Assembly (NCBI GenBank): GCA_013265495.1
Contig: MU058584.1
Location: 7,964,407 to 8,028,406, forward strand
DNA: 64,000 nucleotides
Reading direction: 5' to 3'
Origin: Vicugna vicugna
Taxonomy: Eukaryota
Below are positions 1 through 13,119 of the stretch, in pieces. The notes beneath the pieces are model-generated. The model saw only the letters and a list, made by a program, of their open reading frames with translations. It did no database searches and was not told the origin of the DNA. Within the stretch, counting starts at the first letter, position 1. Every line of letters begins with the position of its first letter. Made by a program: the position numbers and the translations under genes.

Positions 1-824
1 TCACAGAGACTAAAGAGTTTAGCCTCCCAGAGGCATATGTGACCTCTTACTGTCATTTTACTTTGGGAGAAGGTACTTTTGGAATCTTTCTGGTGGGTCC
101 CACTGGAAAGTGTTTTGGTGAGCTTCTGTTCCACAGGGTTGTTTTTTTTTTTTTAAACCACTGAAAGGGTGATTTTATAGGTTTGATGTGGTTAAGGAGG
201 CAAAGAGCAATTTGAGCATAGTTGGGGGTGGGGACTTTGGGAATCTTTTCTAGATGGAATCTGTGAGTGGAGACAGAAGTTCCAAACTGGCCTCGTGCAG
301 GTGTCTCAGTGATGCTGTGGATTTGGTTGTGGTCACCCCCTCTCCCTCTTGGGAAGTGTTCCATGGGCAGTATGCCTATGTGGCCACATTGTCACAATGT
401 TTGCTTCGACTCTGCTTTGCCTATCAATGTCAGTGACTAGACAGATACTTCTGTGATGTCACCAGAGCTCCAGAAACAGCTGCATCCAGACACAGGAAAC
501 AATCAGAAAATCCATAGTGGAGACACATGATCACTTCCTGGGCTAGGAGTCATTCTACTATCTCACCTCTAAAATCAAATAGAACAATCTTACTTGCTAC
601 TGTGAGCTTATGTCATCATCAGTCTACTAACATCTTAGTCCTGTGAATGTGTGATGAGATGAGGTTATTGAAAGAGGTTCCATAGAAAGTGCAAGGATAA
701 AGGGGAAGGACTAAGGAGCAGCTCCTAGCTAAAGCCAGAGGGAAAGAGGCATTTCTCTTCCTTTGCAATGTTGGCATATGAGAACTGTAATTTGTGATTA
801 ATAGCTATGATTTTGGGGGTCACA

Positions 825-1560
825 AAACTCTGGGTCAGATCTTAGAAGTGTTATAACTTTGCATAATTTTTGAAGTCTCCATTTTCTTATTCTTAAGGTG
901 GATAATGCTAGTATTTATGCAAATCAGTCAAGATGTCTTTGGTTATAAATAATAGAAAACTGAAGCTAGTTGAATGGAAATGTATTGGCTTGTGTATCTG
1001 AAGTCTTGAAGTAGGTCCAGCTGGCTTCAGGTGTGGTTTGGTCCAGACACAATATCACCAGGCCTCTGGTTGCATTTGTTTGTAATTCCTTGCTGTGTTT
1101 TCCTTCTTGCATCAGCTGTGTCTTCAAGCTGTCTTACCTCAGGGGAGCCAGTGGTCATGGTGGTTCTAGACCTTCCATCCTCACATTCAGCTATCCGACA
1201 GAAACACTTCTAGTGGTTTCCATGGAAGGGTGAAGAATCTTCTTTCCAAAAAGCCCTTAGCAAATGTCTTCTTATGTCTCAAAAGCCTGAATCAGCTGAT
1301 GCATATACTCTGAGCAATCCTTGGGCAAAAGGGGTGGGACAATAGACATAAGGGTCACTTCTAGAGCTGAGGGTGGGGTCAAACCCACATCAGCCACCAT
1401 GCAGAAGGCATAGGAGAGGCAACTCCCCAGAGGAGAATAGGCAGATTGCTTTAGGAGAAGGGGAGAAAATGATACTAGGAAGCAACGGACACCAGTACCC
1501 TGTACGGTGTTTGTAAAGGTCTTAGCAGAGTTCCTGACCTTCGGAAGGAAAATGTAAACC
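825..1560 (+). mobile_element. MIR SINE relic split by an MLT1 LTR (pieces ~825-920 and ~1505-1560)
   Basis: Degenerate MIR core (ctccattttcttattcttaaggtggataat) before the LTR and MIR 3' part (aaggtcttagcagagttcctgac) after it. Confidence 0.45.
925..1505 (-). mobile_element. MaLR solo LTR, MLT1J/K/L-like
   Basis: Typical MLT1 antisense motifs: ttggttataaataatagaaaac...tattggct...ggcttcaggtgtggtttggtccag. Confidence 0.65.
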
Positions 1561-1614
1561 GTAGCACTGACTGTTGTGCTAGTGTCATTGCTAAAGTCAC
1601 TTTCTGCCTAGACG

Positions 1615-2259
1615 TGTTGCCGGTAGATGCAACCGGTGTTCCAGGTTCTCGTCCTGTCCCAGAAAGAATTCAGAGACAAGACGTAGTGGTTAAAAAAGTA
1701 AAGTGAGGATTTACTAAAGGATGGATAGTACACTCTCAAGGGGCGAGTGGGCAGGCTCAGGTGAGCGGCTGCCCTGTGTTTCTTTGGCAAGTTAGTTACA
1801 TAGGGTGTAAAAATGAATGGGTGGAATATTCATTGGGGAGGGAGGGGTTTGGGCTCATATTCCCTGATTATCATCCCAACTCCATCTTCCCAAAGGGAGG
1901 AGGGATTTTTGTCCTTATTTAGTCTGGATCGAAAGTGTCATGGTGTTGGTGCATGATGGGTGCTTCTAATCTGCAAGGCTAATTTTATTGAAATGGGCAA
2001 ATGAGCAACAGGTTACATTCTGATGTCTTTTCTCACCTTTCTTTGTTGGTCTTCAGGCCACTCATCACCCCAAAAGGTGTGATCCCTTATCAGCCCAAAG
2101 GTTCCTGCTTTTCTTTCTCTGCCCAGGGACCCCTGGGGCTTACATGATTGGTGGTTTCCTGCATTTGGCTTGTGCCCGTCCTTTCTGCCCAATTTCTGCC
2201 ATATGGTCTAGGACCCCTTTCTCTGCTCATATCTAGTTGTCTGCCTGCCTGCTCTAACA
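1615..2259 (-). mobile_element. Young ERV1-class solo LTR (645 bp)
   Basis: TG...CA ends (tgttg/ctaaca), exact 4-bp TSD GACG at 1611-1614 and 2260-2263, minus-strand AGTAAA polyA-like signal near 1712, several intact CpGs. Confidence 0.88.
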
Positions 2260-2514
2260 GACGTGCTGCCTCGCCTTCTCTTCTTTCACCTGTAGTGCCC
2301 GCCTCTCCTGTTTGGCAGGTCTGGAGAACTGGATTGCAGCAGTTCTTGCCGGTGGTCTCGGCCAAGTCACTCTCTTCCTGTTTGTCAGAAATGAAGTTCA
2401 GGTGACATGTGAGCTGAGGCATCTTCCTTGAAATAAAGTGGCCCTTTTCTTTCTTTGGCCCTCCAGGAAAACTTACATAAAGTTAGTCATGATTCAGGGA
2501 CCCTGTTTAATTGA

Positions 2515-2670
2515 AAGACAGAAGGCTTTGAACTTAGAACTGGATTTGAATTCCAGCTCTGCTTGTGCGATGATTGGAGGAAACTTCATTCTTCGAGCCT
2601 CAACCTTCTCTGTTATACAAGGGAAGAGATGGTAAATTATATCTGATTTTTAAGCTTGATTTACATGAAT
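2515..2670 (+). mobile_element. MIR SINE
   Basis: ctggatttgaattccagctctgc...gagcctcaaccttctc MIR core. Confidence 0.6.
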
Positions 2671-3000
2671 GTAAGATAGAATAGGGGTGAGGCAGATGTT
2701 AAAATTTACACAGTGGTAGAACAAATAAAACTTGTATTTAGAAATGTGTGTTGTTGATTTCATCTGCTTTCATTTTTAATGTCTATCATTTGGCTGATGA
2801 CTACATGTATTTTCCCTTCAGGGATACTGACACATTAAATTGAGGGGTTGGAAAGAAATTAACAGAATATATGTAGATGTAGTGTAATGTGAAATCAGGG
2901 CCCATTTCCCCCTTCCCTACCTGGCTGAGTCTCATCTTACACAGGGCTGTTGTGAAGAATTAGTAAATATTCAACTAATTTTAGTTATATACATTCATTC

Positions 3001-3385
3001 TTTTTTTTTATTGAGGTATAGTCAGTTTACAATGTTGTGTCAATTTCTGGTGTATAGCACAGTGCTTCAGTCATACATGAATATACATATATTCATTTTC
3101 ATATTTTTCACCATAAGCTACTACAAGATATTGAATGTATTTCCCTGTGCTATACAGTGTAAACTTGTCTATCTGTCTTATGTATACCAATCAGTATCTG
3201 CCAATCTTAAACTCCCAGTCTATCCCTTCCCACCCTCCTCCCTTCTGGCAACCACAGGTCTGTATTCTATGTGAGTCTGTTCCTGTTTGATATATAAGTT
3301 CGTCCTTTTTTTTTTAGATTCCACATATGAGTGATATCATATGGTATTTTTCTTTCTCTTTCTGACTTACTTTACTTAGAATGTG
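3001..3385 (-). mobile_element. Young 5'-truncated L1 3' end (camelid-type)
   Basis: Poly-T then ttgaggtatagtcagtttacaatgttgtg L1 3'UTR; TSD tacattcattcttt at 2990-3003 and 3386-3399. Confidence 0.9.
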
Positions 3386-3501
3386 TACATTCATTCTTTA
3401 ATCTCTATTTTCATTTTTTTCTGCTCCTGCATGCACTTTTGGCTTGCTGGCACCACCTCGTGGTAATTGTAGATATTGGTTAAGCTTGATAATGGCATTA
3501 C

Positions 3502-4280
3502 TTTTTTTTTTTTTTAAACCGCTTTATTGAGGTACGATTGATGTATTAAAAAAAAAAAGCTGTACAGATTTCTGGTCAAGATGGTGGAGTGGTAGGACCA
3601 CGAGCTCACCTCCTCTCACAATCACAACAAAACCACAACTATTGATGGTTGTTTAGTAGTCAGAAAAAGACTAGAACCTAACAAGAAAGATCTTTTTCAA
3701 CTGGAAACATAAAGAGGGAACCACAGCAGGATGGTAGGAGGGGCATGCTCGTGATATAATCAGGCCCCATATCCCCAGGGTGGGCGACCCACAAGCTGAA
3801 GCATAATTAAGTCGCAGAGGCCCTCCCACAGGAGTGAGAGTTCTGAGCCCCACGTCTAATGATGCTTTATATCAGATGGACTTAATTGGTATTTATGGAG
3901 CATTCCACACAAAAGCAACAGAATACACATTCTTCTCAAGTGCACATGGAACATTCTCCAGAAGAGATCACCTGCTGGCCCACAAAGCAAGCCTTGGTAA
4001 ACTTAAGAAAACTTAAATCATATCAAACATCTTTTCTGACCACAATGCTATGAGATTAGAAATCAACTACAAGAAAAAAAAATTGCAAAAACCACTAACA
4101 CATGGGGCTAAACAATATACCACTAAACAACCAGTGAATCACTGAAGATCACTAATGTGTCATTTAAGGCCTGTATTTCCTTATTTTCTGTCTGGATGGT
4201 CTGTCCATTGATGCAAGTGGGGTGTTAGGGTCCCCCGTTCTTACTGTGTTGTTGTCAATTTCTCCTTTTATGTCTGTTTT
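3502..4280. mobile_element. Rearranged L1 composite: 3' tip (-), 5'UTR (+), ORF2 endonuclease piece (+), upstream endonuclease piece (-)
   Basis: 5'UTR start ggtcaagatggtggag at ~3574; ORF 3834-4016 gives TEYTFFSSAHGTFSRRDHLL (L1 endonuclease); 4150-4280 reads on minus as DIKGEIDNNTVRTGDPNTPLASMDR. Confidence 0.85.
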
Positions 4281-6228
4281 CCTTGGTTCACAGCTCATTT
4301 ACACAGTTAATTAAATTTATTTCTGGGAACTCTTCTGCATGTCCTCTGAATGCTAATATCAAAACTGCATAAATATATGAAATAATGAAGTGGCTTATAA
4401 TTGCAGTTAAAAAGATCAAATGCTTTTTTTGTATTTTATATTGAGTTCTTACTGAAGTTACAATTTGTCAAGAATTATGTAAGAGCTATGTTTATTGGTC
4501 CAATTCATCTCTATACCAGTATTTCAAAAATATTATACAAGAATCTTAGACTAATATAATGCTTCCTCAGAAAAAGAAAGTGATATCCTTTCCAAATTAT
4601 ATTTATTTAGGTGAAAGAGGGAAATTCTTAAAATTGTAGGAGAAATGCTACACAGGGACCTAAAAATGTGGAGGAGTATGTTCCATATTTGGCGTGTAAT
4701 TGTACAAATTCTCAGCTACGCCGAATAAGAAAGATTTGGATCTGTTAAGTTGCTGTCCTTATTTTACCCAGAGAGGGAATATGCCATCTTCGTCATCATT
4801 ATCAGTAAAAATGAAATCGGTGATCGCCTTGACTTGTCCCTCCCATGGTGGGGGTCTCCACACAATATCAGATGATAGAATAATTGAATTTCAGAGCAGA
4901 AATGGGCTTTAGAGACTAGGTACTCAAATTAGCTCATTTTATTTCATAGAGATTGTTCAAATCCCAGTAAATTTCTTTCTAGTACTGAAGAAGCTCGACG
5001 ATCTATGTCCACTCACTTTCCTCTACTCCATTTACATGTACATACATTAACATTCACCCTATTTAGTTTATACTTTTGAGTTTTCACAAGTGCATTCAGT
5101 CATTATCATTACCATCACAAGATACAGAATGCTTTCATCACCTCCAAATTCCTTATACACAGAATTCCTCATGTACAGTCAATTCTTCCTCCCATCTGGG
5201 AGGAAGTCCCTGGCAACCACTGTGTTCTCTGTTCCTGCAGTTTTGCATTTTCCAGGAAATCACAGAAATAGAACCAGACAGTATGTAGCCTTTTCAGCCT
5301 TCTTTCACTGAGCATAATGCTTTTTATTTTTTTTGGTAGATGTATCCATGTTGTTGTATGTATTAGTAATATATACCTTTTTTGTTGCAGAATGGCATTC
5401 CATATGAATGTATCACAACCTGTTTATCCATTCACCTGTTGAAAGACATTTATTTCCTAGTTTTTAGTGATTGTGACTAAACCTCCTATAAACATTTGCA
5501 AGTAGATTTTAGTGTGAATATGTTTTTATTTGGGGGCAAGGTAATCATATAGCAGTGGGATTGTTGGATATGATATGTGTGTGTTTAACCTTATAAGAAA
5601 TGGCAGATTGTTTTCCAAAGTGGCTATACCATTTTGTCATTGGAACATCTTTTCATATACTTATTTGCAATTCCTATATCTTTTTTGAAGTATCTCTAAA
5701 TATGTCACCCACTTTAAAATTTTGCTATTTGTTTTCTTATTGTTGAGTTTTGAGAGTTTTGCATTCCAAATATTTGTCAGATATATGATTTGTAATTTTT
5801 TTCAGTCAGTAGGTTGTCTTTTTAATTTGCTTAACACTGTCTTGTGCAGATCACAGGTTTTAATTTTGATGAAGTCCAGTTTATCAACTTTTTTTCTTTT
5901 TTCGTCATGCTTCTGTTGCCGTATCTAGGAACTCTTTACCTAACCCAAGGTCACAAAGATTTTCTCCTAAATTTTCTTCTAGAAACTTTATGGTTTTATG
6001 TTCTGTATTTAAGTCTTTGATCTTTTTTGAGTTAATTTTTATATTGTATGATACAAGATTCATTTTTCCAGATATGAATATATAATTTTCCTAGCACTAT
6101 ATCATTAAAAGACTTGTTTGTCCAATGAATTGACTTTACACTTTTGTTAAAATTAATTGACCTTATATGTGTGGGTCTGAGTCTGAATGCTTTATTCTCT
6201 TCCATTGATCTAAGTATCTACCCTTTTG

Positions 6229-6422
6229 TCAATCCCAGCACTATTGATATTTTGGGCCAAGTAATTCTTTGTTGTAGAGGACATCATAGAATGTTTAGCA
6301 GCATGCCTGGCCACTGGTTACTGGATCCTAGAACATTCCCTGAGTGTAGACTATTCCCTGAGTCAAGACAATAAAAAAAACCTCCAGATATTGCCAAAAT
6401 CAACTCTAGTTGAGAACCACTG
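6229..6422 (+). mobile_element. MER20 hAT-Charlie MITE inside L1
   Basis: gcactattgatattttgggcc...gaatgtttagcagcatgcctggcc...gttgagaaccactg. Confidence 0.8.
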
Positions 6423-8376
6423 ATTTATATAGTAAATCTTGAAAATCAGACTTTCTTTTTTCTAAATTGTTTTGGCTATTCTAGTTCCTTGCTTTCTCAT
6501 GTAAATTTTAGAATTAGCTTGTTGATTTCTATTAAAAAAAAAAGTCTTGCCGGACATCTGATTGCCATTGTATGGAATCTGTACATCAGTCTGGGAAGAA
6601 ATGACATCTTAACAATAATGGATCTTCCAGTCCATAAGCACAGAATATCTCTACATTTATTTAGACCTCATTTGATTTGTTTTCTTTAATGCTGTATTGT
6701 TTCCAATGTAGAGGTTCTGTGTGTATATATTTATGTGTGTATAAATATATGTCTCCTAAGTATTTTTATGCTGTTACAAATAGCACTTAAAATTTTAAAC
6801 TCTAGTTACTTATTGCTACAATTAAGAATATAGTTGATTTTATATATTACCCTTGCATTCTGTAACCTTGCTAAACTTACTTAGTTCTGAGAGCCTTTTT
6901 TTGTAGATTCTTTGGGATCTTCTACATAAACAAACATACCTAAATAGAAAGTTTTATTTTCTCCTTTCCAATCTCTATGTTTATTTCCTTTTCTTGCCTC
7001 ATTGCACCAGCTAGGATTAAAGTATGGTGTCGAATAGAAGTGATAGCAGTTATTGTTGTCCTGGTGCCACTATAAGGGGAAAACATTCACTGTTTTTCCA
7101 TAAAGTAAATGTTAGCTGTGCATTTTTTGTAGCTGCCTTTCTCAGGTTAAGGAAGCTTTCTTTTATTTATAGTTGTTTGAGATTTTTTTTTTTAACATGA
7201 TTGGCTGTTGCGTTTGGTCAAATGTTTTTTCTGCCTCTCTTCTTGTACTTTTTAGTCTGTTATGATGAATTATAATGATTGATTTTCAAAAGTTGAAAAA
7301 TCTTCACACTCCTGCAATAAACCCTTCTTGCTCATAGTATATTATTCTTTTCATATGCTCCCGAATTTAATTTGATAATATTTTGTATAGAATTTCTGTG
7401 TCCATGTTCATGAAGGATAGTGGTTTGTAATTTTATTCTCTTGTAATGTCTTTGTCTGGTTTTGGTATCAGGGTAAAGCTGGCTTCATAAAAAGAGTTAG
7501 AAAGCATTCCTTCCTAATTCGTTTACTGGAAGAAATTATATAGATTTGATGTCATTTCTTCCTGAAATGTTTGCTTGATTTAGCAGTGAAGTCCTATTCT
7601 TTATTGGAAAGTTTTTGACTTAAATTCAGTTTCTTTAGTGGAATGTTCAGTTTACCTGTTTCCTTTTGAAGTGTGATTTTTGGTAGTTTGTCTTTCAAGG
7701 ATTCATTCCATTTCATTTAAGTTGTTGAACATAGGGGCCTAAAGTTGTTTGGCGTATTTCCTTAACATCCTTTTAATGTCAGTAATATCTATGGTGGTGC
7801 CTACTCTTTCACTCCTGATATTGATAATTTGTGTTTTCTTTCTCCGTTTTTCCTGGCTCAGTCTGGCTAGAGGTTTATGAATTTCTATCTTTAAATAAAA
7901 TTGGTTTTTATAAATGTTCTCACTTATCTTGTGTTTTCAAAATTATTAATTTATGCCCTTGTATTATTACCTTCTTCCTGTTCACTTTGTATTCAATTTG
8001 CTCTTGTGTTTCTGGTTTCTTAAGATGGAAGCTTAGAATTAGAGACCTATCTTCTTTTTTAATATAAATACTTAAAATTTATAAATTATAACATTTATGA
8101 CTTTTCATGTAAGCACTTCTTTAGTTTCATCCACCCCTCCATCATTTTTGACATTATATTTTAATATCTGTGTAGTTTAAAATGTTTTTCTACATTCTTT
8201 TGAGACTTCTACTTTGATTAGTGAATTAGTTAGAAGAGTTTTAAAGTTTAAAAATTTTGGGAAATTTTAAAATATCTTTATTAATAATTTCTAAAGTAAT
8301 TCTATTATGACCAAAGAATGTGCTTTGTGTTCTTTCTATTCTTTTAAATTGGGTATGGTTTGTTTATGGCTCAGAC

Positions 8377-8591
8377 CAGGCATAGGTAACTTTTTTTAAA
8401 GTGTCGGATGGTCAATATTTTTGGCTTTTAGGCCATATAGTCTCTCTTGGAACTACTCCTTTCTGCCTTTGTGGCACAAAAATAGCTACAGATAAAATGC
8501 AGACAAATAGGCTGTGTTCCAATAAGACTTTATTCACAAAAACTGGTTATGGGCTTAATTTGGACTGCAGCTCATAGTTTGCTGACCCCTG
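8377..8591. mobile_element. MER58A hAT-Charlie MITE inside L1
   Basis: ggctgtgttccaataagactttatt...tagtttgctgacccctg terminal sequence. Confidence 0.8.
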
Positions 8592-11220
8592 ATCTACCTT
8601 GGTGAGAGTTCCATGTGCACTTGAAAAAAATGTATATTTTGTTGTTGGGTAGAATATTTTATAAATGTTAATTAGGCCAAGCAGATCAATAATGTTAAAT
8701 CTTCTCAATCCTTGCTGTTTTTCTACTGTGCTGTTGATCACTGAGAAGGTTTTTGTTGTCTCCAAGTACAAGTGTGGTTTTGTGTATTTTTGCTTTCAGT
8801 TCTGTCAGTTTTTGCTTCATGTATTTTGAAGCTCTGTTGCTGTTGTTGTTTGGAGCATACATGTCTGCATTGTTATGTGTTCTTAGTGTGCTGACTCCTC
8901 CTCCCTGGTAATATTCCTTGTTCTGACATCTACTTGGACTTTAATATAGTCATTCTCACTTTCTTTTAGTTAGTGTGATTTCCTGGTTTATCATTCTCTA
9001 TCCTTTTGCTTTAATCTGTGTATCATTATATTTAAAGTGAGTTTCTTGTGGACAGTATATAGTTGAGTCTTTTGGTTTTTCTAATATGACAGTTTTCATC
9101 TTTTAATTGGTATGTTGAGACCTCTTACTTTTAATGGAATTATTGATATGGTTGGATTTAGGTTTACCCTCTAATTATTTTAGATTTTTCCCGTTCTGGT
9201 TTTTATTCCTTTATTCACCATTTTCTGCTGTGTTTTCAATTATTTCAATATTTTAAATATTATATTTTAATTTATCTCTTGGCCTTTATATTCTTTTTAG
9301 TTGTTGTTCTAGGAGTTACAATATACACATCTAACCTTTCACAGTCTACTTAGAATTAATATTTTACCATCTAAAGTGAGGGATGAAGTTTTAATCATGT
9401 AATTTTCTTTATTCTCTGCCTCCCTTTATGTTAGAGTTGTCATATGTACACTTACATGCACTGAAAATCCCCTCAGTGTTACAGTTTTTGTTTTTAAGAG
9501 TCATCTTCTTTAATGAATGAATCTAAAGGGAAAAATAAGCTTTTATATTTATCTAGATTTTTATCATTAGTATTTATATCATTGCTCTTCCTTAAAACCC
9601 CAAATTCCAGATCTCCCCAATGTATCATTTCAGTTAGCATGAAGAACTTTTTTTAGCATTTTCTTTACAGCAGTTTTGCTGAATATGAATTGTTTTAGTT
9701 TTCTTTCATCTCAAGATGTCTTTATTTCACCATAATTCCTGATAGATATTATGCAGAATTCTAGGGGGCTAGTTAGTTTTAGTACTTTAAAAATGTTGTT
9801 CCACTGTCTTCTGGCCTCCGTGTTCTGATAAGAAATCCACAGTAATTTGAATCATTTTGGCTCTTTTTGTAATGTATCATTTTCTTCTGCAAATGTGTCT
9901 GATTTTCTGCAAATTTATTATGATGTATTTGGGTATGCTTTTCTTTGAATTGATGTCTTTGGAATTTTCTGAGCCTTTTGAATTTATAAATTTATTTCAC
10001 CAAATCTGGGAAGTTTTCAGCCATCATTTCTTCAAATAGTTTTTCTATGCCAATCCCTTTCTCACTTTTTTTTTGGGTGGGGGGATTCCAATGACATGAA
10101 TGTTAAACCTTTTGATATTTTCCTATAGGTCTCTGGAGTTCTGTTTATTTTTCTTCAATATTTTCCTTCTTGACTCTGCAGATTGAATAGTTTTTATTGG
10201 TCTGTACTCTTTTTCTTAATCTTTCCTCTTTTATCCCCCTTGAGACCATCCAGTGAATTTGTATTTCAGATAATACAATTTTTTTGTTCTAAAATTTTCT
10301 CTTGTAGTTTTCTATTTCTCTGCTGAAAGCTTCTATCTTTGCATTCATTTCGAGAGTGCTTGCTTCTAGAAGTCTGGTTATAATAGCTGGTCTAAAGTTT
10401 TTGTCTGATTCCAATATCTGCTTCATCTCAGGGTTGACGCCTGTCGATTCTTTTCCCTTAAGGAGTTGTCAGGTTTCCCTGGTTCCTTGTTTGTCAGTAC
10501 TTTTGGATAGTATCTGGATATTTTGGATAGGCCTAGGTCCTATTAAAATTCTCTGGAGAATGTTGATTTTTTCGTTATTGTTTTATTTTTGTTGGTAGTC
10601 AATCTTTTTAAGTTTGTGAGTTTTCTTTCATCTTCTTTTGGTCGCTTTGCAAGGTCTTTGCTGTCCTGCTTTGGATCTGTCCTGTGCATATTGACTCAAA
10701 GATGAATTCAGGACATACTACTTTATCCACGTAATTCAGCCATCTCTCTCTCGAGCTCTTTCTCCCCAGTATATCCCCCACTGTGGCTTCCAGGAGCTAC
10801 TTTTCCTGATCATCTGACTAGAAAGATAAGGTTTAATTTAAGGTTCTAGTGACCACATTACTTATAATTCTCTGTGACTGGAGCAACCCTCCTCACAAAG
10901 TGGTGAGAGAAAAGAGAGAGGGAAAAACGTTAAAGTGATTTCTCCATGCTTTTTATACCACAAGGTTCCCTTTTTAAGGTTCCTCTGGCCAGAAATACGG
11001 ATTTTCTCTCAAAGTGGTTGATGCTGGAGCAATGGTGACTACGTTGCTGTTTCACGATTTGGGCTGCCCTTGGTGCAGGACTGGAAGAGAAAATAGAAAA
11101 AAAAAAAAAGTGGGAATTCTCTGGGTCAAAGAGGGAAAACAAGAGAGGAAAAATATCAGGGGAACTCATCCCATGTGAGTTTTTCAAGTTTAAGGTTCTC
11201 CTCCCTAATCTGCTCACGTT

Positions 11221-11652
11221 TATTTGTTTATTTATTTAGTGTCGTCAGTGTGTCAATTTCTGGTGTACAGCACAATGGCCCAATCATGCATATACATACA
11301 TATATTCGTTTTCATATTTTCATTAAAGGTTATTACAAAATATTGTACATAGTTCCCTGTACCATACAGAAGAAACTTGTTTTTAAATCTATTTTTACAT
11401 ATATTGGCTAACATTTGTAAATCTAAAACTCAGATTTATCCCTTCCCGCCCTCTTTCCCTGGTAACCATAAGATTGTTTACTATGTCTGAGTCTGTTTCT
11501 GTTTCGTAAACGAGTTCATAGTGTCCTTTTTTCCCTTTTTTTAGATTCTGCATATGAGTGATACATGGTATTTTTCTTTCTCTTTCTGGCTTACTTCATT
11601 TAGAATGATGATCTCCAGGTCCATCCCTGTTGCTGCAAATGGCATTATTTTA
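11221..11652 (-). mobile_element. Young truncated L1 3' end
   Basis: L1 3'UTR similar to the 17747 copy; flanks tctgctcacgtt (11209-11220) and tctgctcgcatt (11654-11665). Confidence 0.88.
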
Positions 11653-11668
11653 TTCTGCTCGCATTCTT

Positions 11669-11959
11669 TTTTTTTTTTTAAACTTTTTTTGAGGAATAGT
11701 GATTTTACAATGTTATGTCAAAGTCCAGTATAGAGCACAAATTTTCAATTATATATGAACATACATGTATTCATTGTCACATTTTTTTTCTCTGTGAGCT
11801 CGCACAAGATCTTGTATATATTTCCCTGTGCTATACAGTATAATCCTGTTTGTTTATTCTGCATATGCCTGTCAGTATCTACAAATTTTGAACTCCGAGT
11901 CTATCTCTTCCCACCCCCCGCCCCCTTGGCAACCACAAGTTTGTATTCTATGTCTGTGC
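11669..11959 (-). mobile_element. Young truncated L1 3' end
   Basis: Poly-T plus L1 3'UTR; exact 16-bp TSD ttctgctcgcattctt at 11653-11668 and 11960-11975. Confidence 0.9.
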
Positions 11960-12099
11960 TTCTGCTCGCATTCTTAACTCTTCAGAGTGCTCGAGTAGTT
12001 GGCTCTTGTGTGTTTTGTCCAGTTTTTATGTAAGCAGTGGGAAGCAGAGGTTGCAGGGAGACTTGCTCCACCTTGGCTGGCAGTGGAAGTCCTCTGTAT

Positions 12100-12195
12100 C
12101 TATGCATTTGCACTCATTCTTAACTGCTCACAGTGTATGTCACTTAGAAGATGTTCGAAGAGTATTTGTTAAATGAAAGGATAAATGAATTTAAA
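12100..12195 (+). mobile_element. L2 3' end fragment
   Basis: tatttgttaaatgaaaggataaatgaat L2 tail, followed by a purine-rich low-complexity tract to ~12280. Confidence 0.5.
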
Positions 12196-12469
12196 AAGAA
12201 GGAAAAAAGGAGAAAGTGAGAAAAGGAAAGGAGGAAAAAGGAAGGAAAAAGAAATACAGAAAAGAAAGAAAACGAATGGATGGCTTTAGATTGGTTCTTA
12301 CAAGAATGCAATGTTTTTAGGCATAATTCTACTTTCTGGTCACTAGATGGCAGTAGAAGCCAATGCCCACTTTGTGATCTTTCAAAACCATACTCTGCGT
12401 AACAATCTACTTTGTTAGGAACCAAGAGGAATGGGCATGGAGAGGAGGGTGGGCACAAAGATCAATAAG

Positions 12470-12870
12470 AGGCGATGTTTGCCTTTCAGGAGTTCCTAAG
12501 TGAAGAGAAAGAAAGGCTGAACCATAATATAAATCAGATTATGGTAATCCCACAGAGAAGTGCAAACTAGTATCCTAGTAAGATGGGAGGGAGGGATTAA
12601 TTCTGACTGCAAAACCTGAAGAAGGCTTCCCAGAAGCAGCTTTTGAGCTGGAACTTGAAGGACGGGTGTAGGTTGCACATAGAGAGTGGGAAGCATTGGG
12701 TACAGAGGAGGGGGCATTCCAAATAGAGGGTGCAAATCTGGGAAGAATACTGCGACAGTATCACATATTGAGGTGTGGCTGCAATGCAGTCTGTGTGAAG
12801 GAAACAATGGGGAGTTACATTGGGGAGCTAAGTGGGCATCCCACTGGGGATATTCTTACAAGGGTGAAGG
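12470..12870 (-). mobile_element. L2 fragment
   Basis: aggcttcccagaag...tttgagctggaacttgaaggacgggt...gggcattccaaatagaggg. Confidence 0.6.
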
Positions 12871-12880
12871 GCCATAGTCC

Positions 12881-12888
12881 TGACGTCA
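12881..12888. promoter_or_regulatory. Palindromic CRE motif TGACGTCA
   Basis: Exact consensus with intact CpG; function untested. Confidence 0.3.
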
Positions 12889-13119
12889 TCTGTAATTACT
12901 GTGTTCATGCCTGTCCGTGGCCTTGGCAGTTTTCAGCCACAGTGTACTGTCCTTTGTGGTGGAGTAGCCTGTCCCTGGGCCCTGGGCAACCACCTGCTGG
13001 ATCAGAAGCTAAAGACCCCAGTGCTTCTAGGGTCCCAGAGGGAGGCTACCTGAGTGCCTTGGCTGGGTGGGCAGCATTCCCAGCACAGCTTCTCTGAAGG
13101 GCTGAGATGAACTCAGCCT

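Larger units (their letters stand above)
5031..12091 (-). mobile_element. Old near-full-length L1 (L1MC/L1MD-like), decayed, with nested insertions
   Basis: T-rich antisense L1 from 3'UTR (ccctggcaaccactg) through ORF2 remnants (ORF 8547-8771 KYTFFSSAHGTLTKVD) to a 5'-end motif (ctccaccttggctggcagtggaagtc). Confidence 0.85.
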
